A DNA stretch of 64,000 nt from the NCBI GenBank assembly GCA_963848295.1, contig CAWKDB010000010.1:4288001-4352000 (forward strand). Reading direction: 5' to 3'. This DNA comes from an uncultured delta proteobacterium. GTDB taxonomy: Bacteria > Myxococcota_A > Polyangia > Haliangiales > Haliangiaceae. The translations under genes were made by a program, and so were the position numbers. Shown piece by piece: positions 53,209 through 64,000 of the stretch (position 1 is its first letter; each line of letters opens with the position of its first letter). Below the pieces are notes generated by a model. The model was not told the DNA's origin. It ran no database searches and saw nothing but the letters and a program-made list of their open reading frames with translations.

Positions 53209-54799
53209 GGCCAGGCTGGTCGCTGCGCTCGCCGTGCTCGTGCTCGCGGCGTCGACCGCGTTTGCCGGCGGCCACAAGCGCGTGGTCGTGCTCGACTTCG
53301 AGGGGCCGAAGGCCGACAAGTTCCACGAGGACGTCATCCGGCTGCTCAGGAAGAGTCACAACGTCGTGCCGCTCGACAAGTGGACGAGCACCGCCGACGA
53401 GCTCGACGCGGCGAAGGTCACCGAGAAGAACGTCAAGAAGATCGCGAAGAAGCTCAAGATCGACGGCGTCGTCACCGGCAAGGTCGAGAAGCGTCACGAC
53501 GAGTACGTGCTCGTGCTCAAGCTGCGCTCTGGCACGTCGGGTGAGGTGGTCGGCGACAAGGTCGAGATCAAGTCCGATACCTCGCGGCTCGAAGGCGATG
53601 CGCAGCGCGCGATCAAGGACCAGCTCGTCGCGGCGGTCGACGACCTCGAGTCGAACCACGGCGGCGCCTCGGACGACGACGCCACGGCGGACGACCCGCC
53701 GAAGAAGCATCACCACGACGACGACACCGCGGCGACCGACGACCCGCCGAAGAAGCATCACCACAAGGACGACGATGCGGCGACGAGCGACGACCCGCCG
53801 AAGAAGCATCGCAAGGACGACGACGACAGCTCCGCCTCGTCCGACGACCCGCCGAAGAAGCATCACAAGGACGATTCCGATACCTCCGCCTCGTCCGATG
53901 ACCCTCCGAAGAAGCATCACAAGCGGGTCGCGTCGAGCGAAGACGACGACGGCGTGACCAAAGACTCCGGCGACCAGCCCGCAGCGATGGACTCCGAGAC
54001 CGCGATCAACCCGGCAAATCGCGCGATCGATATGGGCATCGGGCTGTCGTTCACCGCTCGCAAGCTGACGTTCAAGTCCGACGCCGACCTCGCCGCGCCG
54101 CCGCCACAGTACGCGAACCAGGTGCCGCTGCCGGGCGCGTACCTCGCCGGCACGGTCTACCCGTTGTCGATCGGGCACAACCGCACGGACATCTACGCCG
54201 GGCTCGGCCTGACGTTCAGCTACGACCGCGTGCTCTACATCCAGTCGGAGAAGGGCTACATCGACGCGATGACGATGACCAGCGAGACCGCGAAGCTCGC
54301 GACGATCGAATCGCGGTGGTCGCTCGGCCCGGTCTTCCGCTACCCGCTCAACGGCAAGGGCGCGGTCGGCGGGTCGCTCGTCTATAGCAAGCAGAAGTTC
54401 CAGATCGCGCAGCAGCTGCCCGACATGTCGCCGACCGACGTGCCGACGATCCTCTACCAGACGATCGAGCTCGGCGGCTTCGTGCAGTACCCGGTGATCC
54501 CGAAGCTCACCGCCAACCTCAACGTCGGCCTGATGGCGTTCCTCAGCGACGGCGACATCGGGGCGCCAAACCAATACGGCGGCGGCGGCAAGATCGGGTT
54601 TGAAGGCGCGATCGGCGCGGACTACATGCTCAAGCCGAAGATCTTCCTGCGCGCGCAGATTCGGCTCGAAGAGGTCAGTCTCAGCTTCAACGGCACCGGC
54701 GCGCAGACGACGATGCGCGATAGCGACCCGGCGCAGGACGTCCACGGCGCGACCGACATGTATTACGGCGGCGCCGTGACCATCGGCTTCTTCTATTAG
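53174..54799 (+). CDS. Outer-membrane protein: TolB-N/CsgG-like domain, His/Asp/Lys repeat linker, C-terminal beta-barrel
   Basis: Signal peptide ending AFA; beta-strand-rich C-terminal half ending VTIGFFY. Confidence 0.75.
   Translation: MTSSRSKTSISKARLVAALAVLVLAASTAFAGGHKRVVVLDFEGPKADKFHEDVIRLLRKSHNVVPLDKWTSTADELDAAKVTEKNVKKIAKKLKIDGVVTGKVEKRHDEYVLVLKLRSGTSGEVVGDKVEIKSDTSRLEGDAQRAIKDQLVAAVDDLESNHGGASDDDATADDPPKKHHHDDDTAATDDPPKKHHHKDDDAATSDDPPKKHRKDDDDSSASSDDPPKKHHKDDSDTSASSDDPPKKHHKRVASSEDDDGVTKDSGDQPAAMDSETAINPANRAIDMGIGLSFTARKLTFKSDADLAAPPPQYANQVPLPGAYLAGTVYPLSIGHNRTDIYAGLGLTFSYDRVLYIQSEKGYIDAMTMTSETAKLATIESRWSLGPVFRYPLNGKGAVGGSLVYSKQKFQIAQQLPDMSPTDVPTILYQTIELGGFVQYPVIPKLTANLNVGLMAFLSDGDIGAPNQYGGGGKIGFEGAIGADYMLKPKIFLRAQIRLEEVSLSFNGTGAQTTMRDSDPAQDVHGATDMYYGGAVTIGFFY
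53690..53923 (+). repeat. Five coding repeats DDPPKKH(H/R), 48-54 bp period
   Basis: gacgacccgccgaagaagcat at 53690, 53738, 53789 and 53843, and a variant at 53897. Confidence 0.9.
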
Positions 54800-54828
54800 C
54801 CGACGGCCTTCGTGCTAGAACGCAGCGG

Positions 54829-57501
<2,673 letters not shown>

Positions 57502-57513
57502 TTTACTGGCCTC

Positions 57514-59643
57514 ATGGCCGCCGACGACACCAGCGGCGCGAAGCCGGCTCCGGTCGTGCTCCGCATCAAGCTGCGCTACGACGACGTCGAAGCGATGGTG
57601 CAGCGGTTTGCGCCGAACGCGGGCAAGTCCGGCCTGTTCTTGCCGACGAAGTCGCTACAGCCGGTCGGCGCGGAGATCAAGTTCGAGCTCCGGCTCAACA
57701 ACGATACGCCAGTGCTCGTCGGTCTTGGCCGGGTCAAGGCGGCGCGCGAGCCGGATCCGACGAACCCGAAAGCGGCATTCGGCATGGCGATCGAGCTGAT
57801 GCGCGTCACGCGCGAAGGCCGCGACGTGATCATGCGGATGCTCGAGCGCCGGCGGGCGATGGGGCTCGCGGACGTCGCGATCCCGATGCCGTCGGATATC
57901 GACCAGGCGCGGCGCGCGGAGGTCGACACCGGTCCGGCACACGCGGCGCCGGTGCCCGCGCCCGAGCTCGAGTCCGCGCCGATCGCAGCGGCCGAGCCCG
58001 CGTTCACCGCACCGCGCCGGGCGAGCACGCCGATGGCGATCGGCATCGCCAAAGATTCGTCGCGCCCGACGCTGCAACCGCTCGCACCCGAGGCGGCGCG
58101 GCCCAAGCGCCCGCGGATCAGCGATGTCGTCGCGCGCGCGGAGGCCGCAGGCGGCGTCGTGGTGACCGCGATCCCGGAGCTCGATCAGCACGTCGATCTC
58201 GAACGCGCGATGGCGCGCGCCCGCGCGTTGGCCGGCGGCGAGCTCGACGCCGAGCTCGGCGCCTTGCGCGAGCACGCCGCGGCGCCGATCGCGATCGACG
58301 TCGAAGCCGCCTCCGCCGAGCTCGCGAGACAACTCGGCGGTCGCGCGATCGCCCGCAAGGATCGCAACGCCGGCTGGGCGACTCCACCGCAAGTCGAATC
58401 GAAGCCCGAGCCCGCTCCCGCGCCCGCTCTGGTTCCGATCCCGCAAGCCGTACCCGATCCCGACCTCGATCCCGAGCCGAGCGCCAACGCGAGCGCGACG
58501 ATGATCACGAAAGCGCGCGACGAGTCGTCGGTCAGCGTCACCGCGGTCGATGCCGAAATCGAAGCGCTCGTCGCCGCCGGCGATCCCGAGACCGAGCGAC
58601 CGAGCGCTGGTCTGGTCGAGCGACCGCGGACCGTGCCGCCGCCGAGCGCCGACCTCGCACCGCCGACCGATCGCGCGAAGGCGATGCTGATCGATGACGA
58701 CTCGGACCTGTCGAGCTTCGAGGACGCGCTCGATGCCGCGATGTTGCATTCGTCGCCGGCGGTGCGCGCTGTCGCACCTAACCCCGAGGTGTTCGACGAC
58801 GAGGACGCGGTCTCTCTCGACAGCATGGATCTCGAAGAAGAGCCGAGCGAGATGACCGAGATCGGCGGCATGCCGGGCGCCCCGGTCCCGGCGATGCCCG
58901 CGGACCTCGGCGACCGGCTCGACGCACACCTCGCGGCTGCCGAGGTCGAGGCCGAGGCGGAGTTCGCCGGTGTCGGCAACGCGACGATCGGCGAGGCCGA
59001 GCTGCCGGCGGGACTCGAAGCCGCCCTCGAGGGGGAACAGTTCGACGCCGAAGAGATCTCTGACTTCGACGTGCTCGCCGAAGCGGACGCCGACGATGCG
59101 GATCTCTTGTCGGCCGACGGCGAGGCCGACGCCTCCGGCAGCGTCGAGTCTCCAGCCGCACCCGCGGCGCCCGAGGACTACGACTTCGCCGATCACCTCG
59201 ACCTGAGCGAAGACGCGGCGCCGCAGTTCGACGAGCGCCACGCGGGGATCTCGCGCCGCCAGCGGCCGGTCGCCGACGAGCCGCCCGTTGCCGAGCCGCA
59301 AGGCCGGTACGATCACGACGATCAAGCGAGTAACGAGTACACGCTGAGCGAAGCGCTGCCGAACGACGGGCTCGACTTCGACGAGCCCCACTTCCGCGCG
59401 CTCACGCCGCTGCCGACGACCGACGACCCTCTGCCCCCAGGCGCGGCGGAGTACGATCTCGACTCGGCGCTCGAACATCTCGACCCGAACCTCGATCAGC
59501 TGGCGGCCCGCCGGCCGGATTCCGAGCCGAACGCCCCACGTGCCCGCTCGCGCGCCGGGCGCGCCGACGAGCACGAGCCACGTCCGGGTCGCGCGTCTAC
59601 CGACGATGGCATCCTGATCGACTTCGACGACGATGACGAGTAG
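57514..59643 (+). CDS. Myxobacterial PilZ-like (TIGR02266-like) N-terminal domain with a long acidic disordered tail
   Basis: IKLRY.DVE....FAPN....GLFL.T....PVG..IKFEL.L......GLGRV; Asp/Glu/Pro-rich remainder. Confidence 0.72.
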   Translation: MAADDTSGAKPAPVVLRIKLRYDDVEAMVQRFAPNAGKSGLFLPTKSLQPVGAEIKFELRLNNDTPVLVGLGRVKAAREPDPTNPKAAFGMAIELMRVTREGRDVIMRMLERRRAMGLADVAIPMPSDIDQARRAEVDTGPAHAAPVPAPELESAPIAAAEPAFTAPRRASTPMAIGIAKDSSRPTLQPLAPEAARPKRPRISDVVARAEAAGGVVVTAIPELDQHVDLERAMARARALAGGELDAELGALREHAAAPIAIDVEAASAELARQLGGRAIARKDRNAGWATPPQVESKPEPAPAPALVPIPQAVPDPDLDPEPSANASATMITKARDESSVSVTAVDAEIEALVAAGDPETERPSAGLVERPRTVPPPSADLAPPTDRAKAMLIDDDSDLSSFEDALDAAMLHSSPAVRAVAPNPEVFDDEDAVSLDSMDLEEEPSEMTEIGGMPGAPVPAMPADLGDRLDAHLAAAEVEAEAEFAGVGNATIGEAELPAGLEAALEGEQFDAEEISDFDVLAEADADDADLLSADGEADASGSVESPAAPAAPEDYDFADHLDLSEDAAPQFDERHAGISRRQRPVADEPPVAEPQGRYDHDDQASNEYTLSEALPNDGLDFDEPHFRALTPLPTTDDPLPPGAAEYDLDSALEHLDPNLDQLAARRPDSEPNAPRARSRAGRADEHEPRPGRASTDDGILIDFDDDDE

Positions 59644-59646
59644 CTG

Positions 59647-60993
59647 CTACCCGAGACCGGGGTGCGCGAGCGCGCGAATCAGCGCCTGGCGATCGCCGGC
59701 GTGACGCTGCCACAGCTCGGTGATCTGATCCGCCTGCGTCCGACCGGTCTCGGCGATCTGTTCGACCGGCGCGATCAGGGGCATCGCCGCGGGTGCGACT
59801 CGCGATAATCCTGCGCGCGCGATCGCGACGAGCTGCTTGGCGAGCTCGCCGACGGAGTGGCGACCCGCCTTCGCGGCGAAGCCTTGGCGCGGTACGTCGT
59901 CCGCGAGCTGGTCGAGCTCGGCGAACGTCATCCCCGCGGTCAGCGCGATCGCGGCGGAGCGCGCGTCGGTGTCGTAGAGCAAGCCGCGCATGAACGGCGA
60001 CAGCGCGGCGATCATCTCGAGCGAGCCGCAATCACAGCCGCGGACCTCGATGACCTTCTTGAGCCGGCCTTCGGGGAACAGCGTCGACAGGTGCAGCGCC
60101 CAGTCTTCGCGGGTCGCGCGCTCGCCGTTCCAGCCGTCCTTCATGTACTGGCGAAACGTCAGACCCGCGGGCACGACGTGGTAGCCGCTGCGATAGACGA
60201 AGTACATCGGCACGTCGAGCGCCCACTGCGTGTACGCGGTGAACAGGTCGTCGCGGTCGAACACGAACGGCAGCAGGCCGGCTCGCGCCCGGTCGGTATC
60301 GCGCCAGATCCACGCGCGATACGTCTGGAAGCCGCTGACCTTGTCCTCGACGATCGGCGACGCCGCCCACAGCGCGGTCAAGATCGAGGTCGTGGCGTAG
60401 ACGCAACGCATCTTCGCCGCGGCGTCGACCTCGTCAGAGAAATCGAGGTTCGCCTGCACCGTCGCGGTGCGCAGCATCATGTCGAGGCCGCGCGTGCCGA
60501 CCGTCGGCATGTACGCGCGCATGACGTCGTAGCGCTGCTTCGGCATCCACGGGACGTCGGCGCGACCGCCGAACGGACGCAGGCCGATCGACAGCCACGC
60601 GAGATCGAGCTCCTTCGACGCGGCGGCGAGCTCGGCGATGTACGCGCGCAGATCGCTGACGAAGTCGCGATCGTCGGCGACCGGGCGCGCCGCGAGCTCG
60701 AACTGACCGCCGGGCTCGATCGTGAGCTGGGCATCGCCGCGCGACAGCGCGATCGCGTGGCCATTCTCGACGACTGGCGTACCGCTCTTGCTCGCGAACC
60801 AGTTGAACAGCGCGCCGATGCCGGCTCTGCCTTCGTAGGGCGGCGCCGCGCCGGTCGCTCGGCTCACGCCGATCAGCTCGTGCTCGGTGCCGACCCGCCA
60901 TTGCCCGGCGGGCTTGCCCGCGGTTTCGAAATAGGCGCGGAGGTCCGCATCCGTGCGGACCGGGACGGCGTCGTGTTCGTCGACGAGATGCAC
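59647..60993 (-). CDS. gshA: Glutamate--cysteine ligase (GCS2 family, plant/alphaproteobacterial type)
   Basis: WRVGTEHE, TIEPGGQFEL, WMPKQRY..M, GLDMMLRTATVQANLDF and HLSTLFPE.RLK..IEVRG.D motifs. Confidence 0.9.
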   Translation of the reverse strand: MHLVDEHDAVPVRTDADLRAYFETAGKPAGQWRVGTEHELIGVSRATGAAPPYEGRAGIGALFNWFASKSGTPVVENGHAIALSRGDAQLTIEPGGQFELAARPVADDRDFVSDLRAYIAELAAASKELDLAWLSIGLRPFGGRADVPWMPKQRYDVMRAYMPTVGTRGLDMMLRTATVQANLDFSDEVDAAAKMRCVYATTSILTALWAASPIVEDKVSGFQTYRAWIWRDTDRARAGLLPFVFDRDDLFTAYTQWALDVPMYFVYRSGYHVVPAGLTFRQYMKDGWNGERATREDWALHLSTLFPEGRLKKVIEVRGCDCGSLEMIAALSPFMRGLLYDTDARSAAIALTAGMTFAELDQLADDVPRQGFAAKAGRHSVGELAKQLVAIARAGLSRVAPAAMPLIAPVEQIAETGRTQADQITELWQRHAGDRQALIRALAHPGLG

Positions 60994-61056
60994 GCGGGTA
61001 CGGCACTCTAGGGGGCGATCCCCACCTCGTCAACCGACCGTGCTAGCGTCGCACCC

Positions 61057-61131
61057 GTGTCGGTCGAGATTTCTCCGTTCGATCAACCGCACCGCCATCC
61101 GGCGGCGGTGACGGTCCCGGGCCAGCCGTGA
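61057..61131 (+). CDS. Possible 24-aa leader ORF coupled to pyrE
   Basis: GTG lies 7 nt after TGc-TAGCGT; encodes MSVEISPFDQPHRHPAAVTVPGQP*; TGA overlaps the pyrE GTG. Confidence 0.35.
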   Translation: MSVEISPFDQPHRHPAAVTVPGQP

Positions 61132-61685
61132 CCATCGACGCCAAGCGAGCGCGCCTGCTCGAATTGCTGCGCGAAAAGGCGTTCGCCGAGCGCGAGGTCA
61201 CGTTGTCGTCGGGCCTCAAGTCGAACTTCTATATCGACTGCAAGCAGGTCAGCCTCGACGCCGAAGGGGCTTCGCTGATCGGCGCGGTGTTTGACTACAC
61301 GATCGGGCAGGTAGCAGCGCACGCGGTCGCTGTAGGCGGGCTCACGCTCGGCGCCGATCCGCTCGCGACCGCGACCAGCATCCACAGCTTCACGGCCGGT
61401 CATCCGCGCGCCGCGTTCATCGTGCGCAAGGAGCCGAAGGGCCACGGCACGAACCAATGGGTCGAGAGCGCCGGTCTCGCGGTCGGCTCGTCGGTCGTCG
61501 TCCTGGAGGATGTGATCACCACCGGCGCGTCGACGCTGCGCGCGATCGAGCGGGCGCGGCTCGCCGGGCTCGTCGTGGTGCACGCGCTCGCGCTCGTCGA
61601 TCGCCTGGAGGGTGGTCGCGAGGCGATCGAGCGCGAGGTCGCGCTGACCACGTTGTTCACCCGCCGCGACTTCCTGCCGACATGA
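61128..61685 (+). CDS. pyrE: Orotate phosphoribosyltransferase
   Basis: TLSSG.KSNFYIDCK, GGLTLGADPLA, VRKEPKGHGT and VVLEDVITTGAS motifs. Confidence 0.95.
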   Translation: MTIDAKRARLLELLREKAFAEREVTLSSGLKSNFYIDCKQVSLDAEGASLIGAVFDYTIGQVAAHAVAVGGLTLGADPLATATSIHSFTAGHPRAAFIVRKEPKGHGTNQWVESAGLAVGSSVVVLEDVITTGASTLRAIERARLAGLVVVHALALVDRLEGGREAIEREVALTTLFTRRDFLPT

Positions 61686-62284
61686 GACGCGCCGTCGCCA
61701 TCGCACTCTTGCTGGCCGCGTGTGGCGAGACCGCGACGATCTCGCTGCGCGACGAATGGCCAGCGAAGGTCGCAGGCTACGATGCGGTCACCGACGCCTG
61801 GACGCGCACGACGCAGCTGCGCGGCGAATTTCAAGAGGCGCTGTCCCTGTCGGCGACGTTCAAGTCCCCGGCTTGGCGCGAGGCGCACGCCGAACGCGAC
61901 GCCAAGAACCGCATGCTCGAAGGCGAACAGCGCGCGCAGCGGATCGCCCAGGCCCAGGCCGAGATGGCCGGCCCCTGGGAGATCGAGATGATGGTGACGA
62001 CGTGGGATCGCCGCGAGAACGATCTCGATCGTGGCAAGAAGAGCGTCTGGCACGTCGCGCTGATCGATGACGCGGGGAACGAGGTCGCTCCGCTCGAGAT
62101 CGTGCGCGACAAGCGCCCGCTGTACACGTTGCACGCCGAGTTCCCCGCGTTCGACGACTTTGCGAGCGCTTACATCGCGCGGTTCCCACGGACGGCCGCG
62201 GTGCTCGGCCCAGGTGTTCGCGCGGTGCGACTGCGGATGAGCAGCGAGCGCGGAGGCGTCGAGCTTACTTGGACGGGTCCGTAG
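61682..62284 (+). CDS. Hypothetical lipoprotein
   Basis: ATGA overlap with pyrE; lipobox LLAAC. Confidence 0.75.
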   Translation: MRRAVAIALLLAACGETATISLRDEWPAKVAGYDAVTDAWTRTTQLRGEFQEALSLSATFKSPAWREAHAERDAKNRMLEGEQRAQRIAQAQAEMAGPWEIEMMVTTWDRRENDLDRGKKSVWHVALIDDAGNEVAPLEIVRDKRPLYTLHAEFPAFDDFASAYIARFPRTAAVLGPGVRAVRLRMSSERGGVELTWTGP

Positions 62285-63998
62285 GCTTCTTGCGCTGCTT
62301 CGGCTGCGGGATGTAGCTCGTCGAGTTGCGCTTGGTCCGGCCGAACACGCGGTCCCAGAACTTCGGCGGCTGGTAACCCTCGTCGAGATCGTCGAACGAT
62401 TCCTGGCGGACGACCGGCGCGGTGTAGCCGCTCCCGGGCGACGGCGTGCCGGCGCGGAAGAAGGCCTCTTCGTCGTCGGAGAATGACGCGGCATCTTTGC
62501 GGACAGCCGCGACCGCTTGCTCGCGCGCCGGAGTCGCGGCATCGGCGGTCGCAGGTGAGGCGGCTTGCGCGACCGCGATCGCGCTGACCGCTTCGTGCAC
62601 GGCCGCGAGATCCGCGACGAGGATCGACGGCTCCGCTACCGGCTCGCGGTGGGGCTCGCCGATCGGTGGTCGCGGCCGGATCTCGCCCGTCGTCTCTTTG
62701 ATCGGAGGGCCATCGCTCTCGAGCGGTGCCGGGCTCGGTCGGCGCGCGCGCGCCGCGAGCTTCGCAGTGTCGGCGCCGGAGACCTCGCGCACGACGCCAT
62801 CGGACGGCCCGTCGACCGCATGCTCGGGCGCTGCGGTGATCGGCTCGATCTTGACGACGGGCAGCGTCGGCAGATCGTCGGACTCGACCGGCGTCGGCTG
62901 GGACACGGGCTGGGCGACCATCGCGGCGATCGGGCTGGCCTCCGGCGTCGGGTGGGCGACCATCGCGGCGACCGCGCGTTCGGCGGCGAGGCGTTCGGCG
63001 GCTTCGGAGGCCTCGCGTCTTTGGCGCTCGAGCGTGTCGCGGATCAGCTGCTGGGCGGACTCGCGGAGGCGCTCCTGGACGAGCGCTGCGTCGGCGGCTT
63101 CGGCTTTGGCTTTGGCGGCGGAGAGGCGTTCGGCTTCCGCGGCGGCAACGGCAGCGGCCTCGGCTTCGGCCTTGGCAACGGCAGCGGCCTCGGCTTCGGC
63201 CTTGGCAACGGCAGCGGCCTCGGCTTCGGCCTTGGCAACGGCAGCGGCCTTGGCAGCGGCTTCGGCCTTGGCAACGGCTTCGGCCTTGGCAACGGCTTCG
63301 GCTTCCGCAACGGCTTCGGCCTTGGCAACGGCTTCGGCCTTGGCAGCGGCAACGGCTTCGGCAGCGGCAACGGCTTCGGCAGCGGCCTCGGCAACGGCAA
63401 CGGCTTCGGCAGCGGCTTCGGCAGCGGCAACGGCTTCGGCCTTGGCAGCGGCTTCGGCTTCGGCCTTGGCAACGGCTTCGGCTTTCGCGGCGGCTTCGGC
63501 TCTCGCAACGGCTTCGGCTTCGGCTTTCGCGGCGGCTATGGCTCTCGCAACGGCTTCGGCTTCGGCTTTCGCGGCGGCTATGGCTCTCGCAACGGCTTCG
63601 GCTTCGGCTTTCGCGGCGGCTATGGCTTTGGCCTCGGTGGCGGCCTTCGCCGCAGCTTCGGCGTCCGCGCGCGCCTTCGCGTCGGCATCGGCCTTGGCCT
63701 TGGCCTTCGCCGCCTTGGCTTCCGCCCGCGTCTTGTCCTTGGCGGCAGCTTTCGCTTCCGCTTCGGCTTTCGCTTCCGCTTCGGCCTTCGCGATCGCGGC
63801 CACATCGAGCTCCGGGTTCGTGTCGCCGAGCACCACGGACGGCTCGAGCCCGATGTCGGTCGGGAAGATCCGGTGGCGCTTGTCGGTGTCCATCAGGGCC
63901 TCGAGCCCCTCGCGCGAAACGCCGCGTGTCGCGATGTCGATCTCGCCGTGAGCCCCGACCGCGGGCACGACGCCGGACAGCGGCCCGACCTCGGCGCC
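62265..63998 (-). CDS. 5'-truncated protein with a long Ala/Glu/Lys helical repeat region and a disordered C-terminus
   Basis: Frame is open to the window end; (AKAEA)n repeats; C-terminal FSDDEEAFF and [18 protein letters not shown] motifs. Confidence 0.75.
   Translation of the reverse strand, partial: GAEVGPLSGVVPAVGAHGEIDIATRGVSREGLEALMDTDKRHRIFPTDIGLEPSVVLGDTNPELDVAAIAKAEAEAKAEAEAKAAAKDKTRAEAKAAKAKAKADADAKARADAEAAAKAATEAKAIAAAKAEAEAVARAIAAAKAEAEAVARAIAAAKAEAEAVARAEAAAKAEAVAKAEAEAAAKAEAVAAAEAAAEAVAVAEAAAEAVAAAEAVAAAKAEAVAKAEAVAEAEAVAKAEAVAKAEAAAKAAAVAKAEAEAAAVAKAEAEAAAVAKAEAEAAAVAAAEAERLSAAKAKAEAADAALVQERLRESAQQLIRDTLERQRREASEAAERLAAERAVAAMVAHPTPEASPIAAMVAQPVSQPTPVESDDLPTLPVVKIEPITAAPEHAVDGPSDGVVREVSGADTAKLAARARRPSPAPLESDGPPIKETTGEIRPRPPIGEPHREPVAEPSILVADLAAVHEAVSAIAVAQAASPATADAATPAREQAVAAVRKDAASFSDDEEAFFRAGTPSPGSGYTAPVVRQESFDDLDEGYQPPKFWDRVFGRTKRNSTSYIPQPKQRKKPTDPSK
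63100..63800 (-). repeat. Coding tandem repeats: 30-bp ([10 protein letters not shown]) x3, 42-bp ([14 protein letters not shown]) x3, and 18-bp variants
   Basis: ggcttcggccttggcaacggcagcggcctc repeats at about 63140-63240; gctctcgcaacggcttcggcttcggctttcgcggcggctatg at 63499, 63541 and 63583. Confidence 0.9.
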
Positions 63999-64000
63999 GA

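Noticed and set aside
53690..53923. Repeat-spacer-like array considered as a CRISPR
   Set aside because: Periods are multiples of 3, the spacers resemble each other, the array is in frame inside a CDS, and no cas genes are present.
62446..63951. 501-aa Ala/Ser/Thr-rich plus-strand ORF
   Set aside because: Antisense mirror of the AKAEA repeat protein.

Overview
A gene-dense, very GC-rich (roughly 70% by eye) bacterial chromosomal segment. It is most likely Myxococcota, possibly Haliangiales/Kofleriaceae-like; this is inferred from two eukaryote-like Ser/Thr kinases, a PEGA domain, AgmX/PglI-like C-terminal domains, a TIGR02266-like protein, two sigma54 activators and many lipoproteins. About 52 CDSs are supported. 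Housekeeping genes: recC-recB-recD, alaS, pyrE, a plant/chlamydial-type fabI, a gshA-type ligase, tatA, a pilT paralogue, an MltD-like lytic transglycosylase and two tandem lolC/E-like permeases. A TetR-controlled operon encodes a peroxisomal-type MFE-2 enzyme with three SCP2 domains and an SCPx-type thiolase. No rRNA, tRNA, CRISPR array or mobile element was recognised. Most notable: (1) a symmetric sigma54 module in which an FHA-GAF activator is flanked on both sides by matching tandem 16-bp palindromes and -24/-12 promoters; (2) a 59-aa double CxH..CxxC protein, absent from the ORF track, coupled to recD; (3) two cupredoxin lipoproteins with Phe at the axial Met position; (4) a lipoprotein with four YegP/DUF1508 repeats behind an AT-rich enhancer-like region; (5) many apparently leaderless starts and a uORF coupled to pyrE. 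Two apparent single-base frameshifts are probably sequencing errors. All calls come from reading motifs by eye; no database searches were run.
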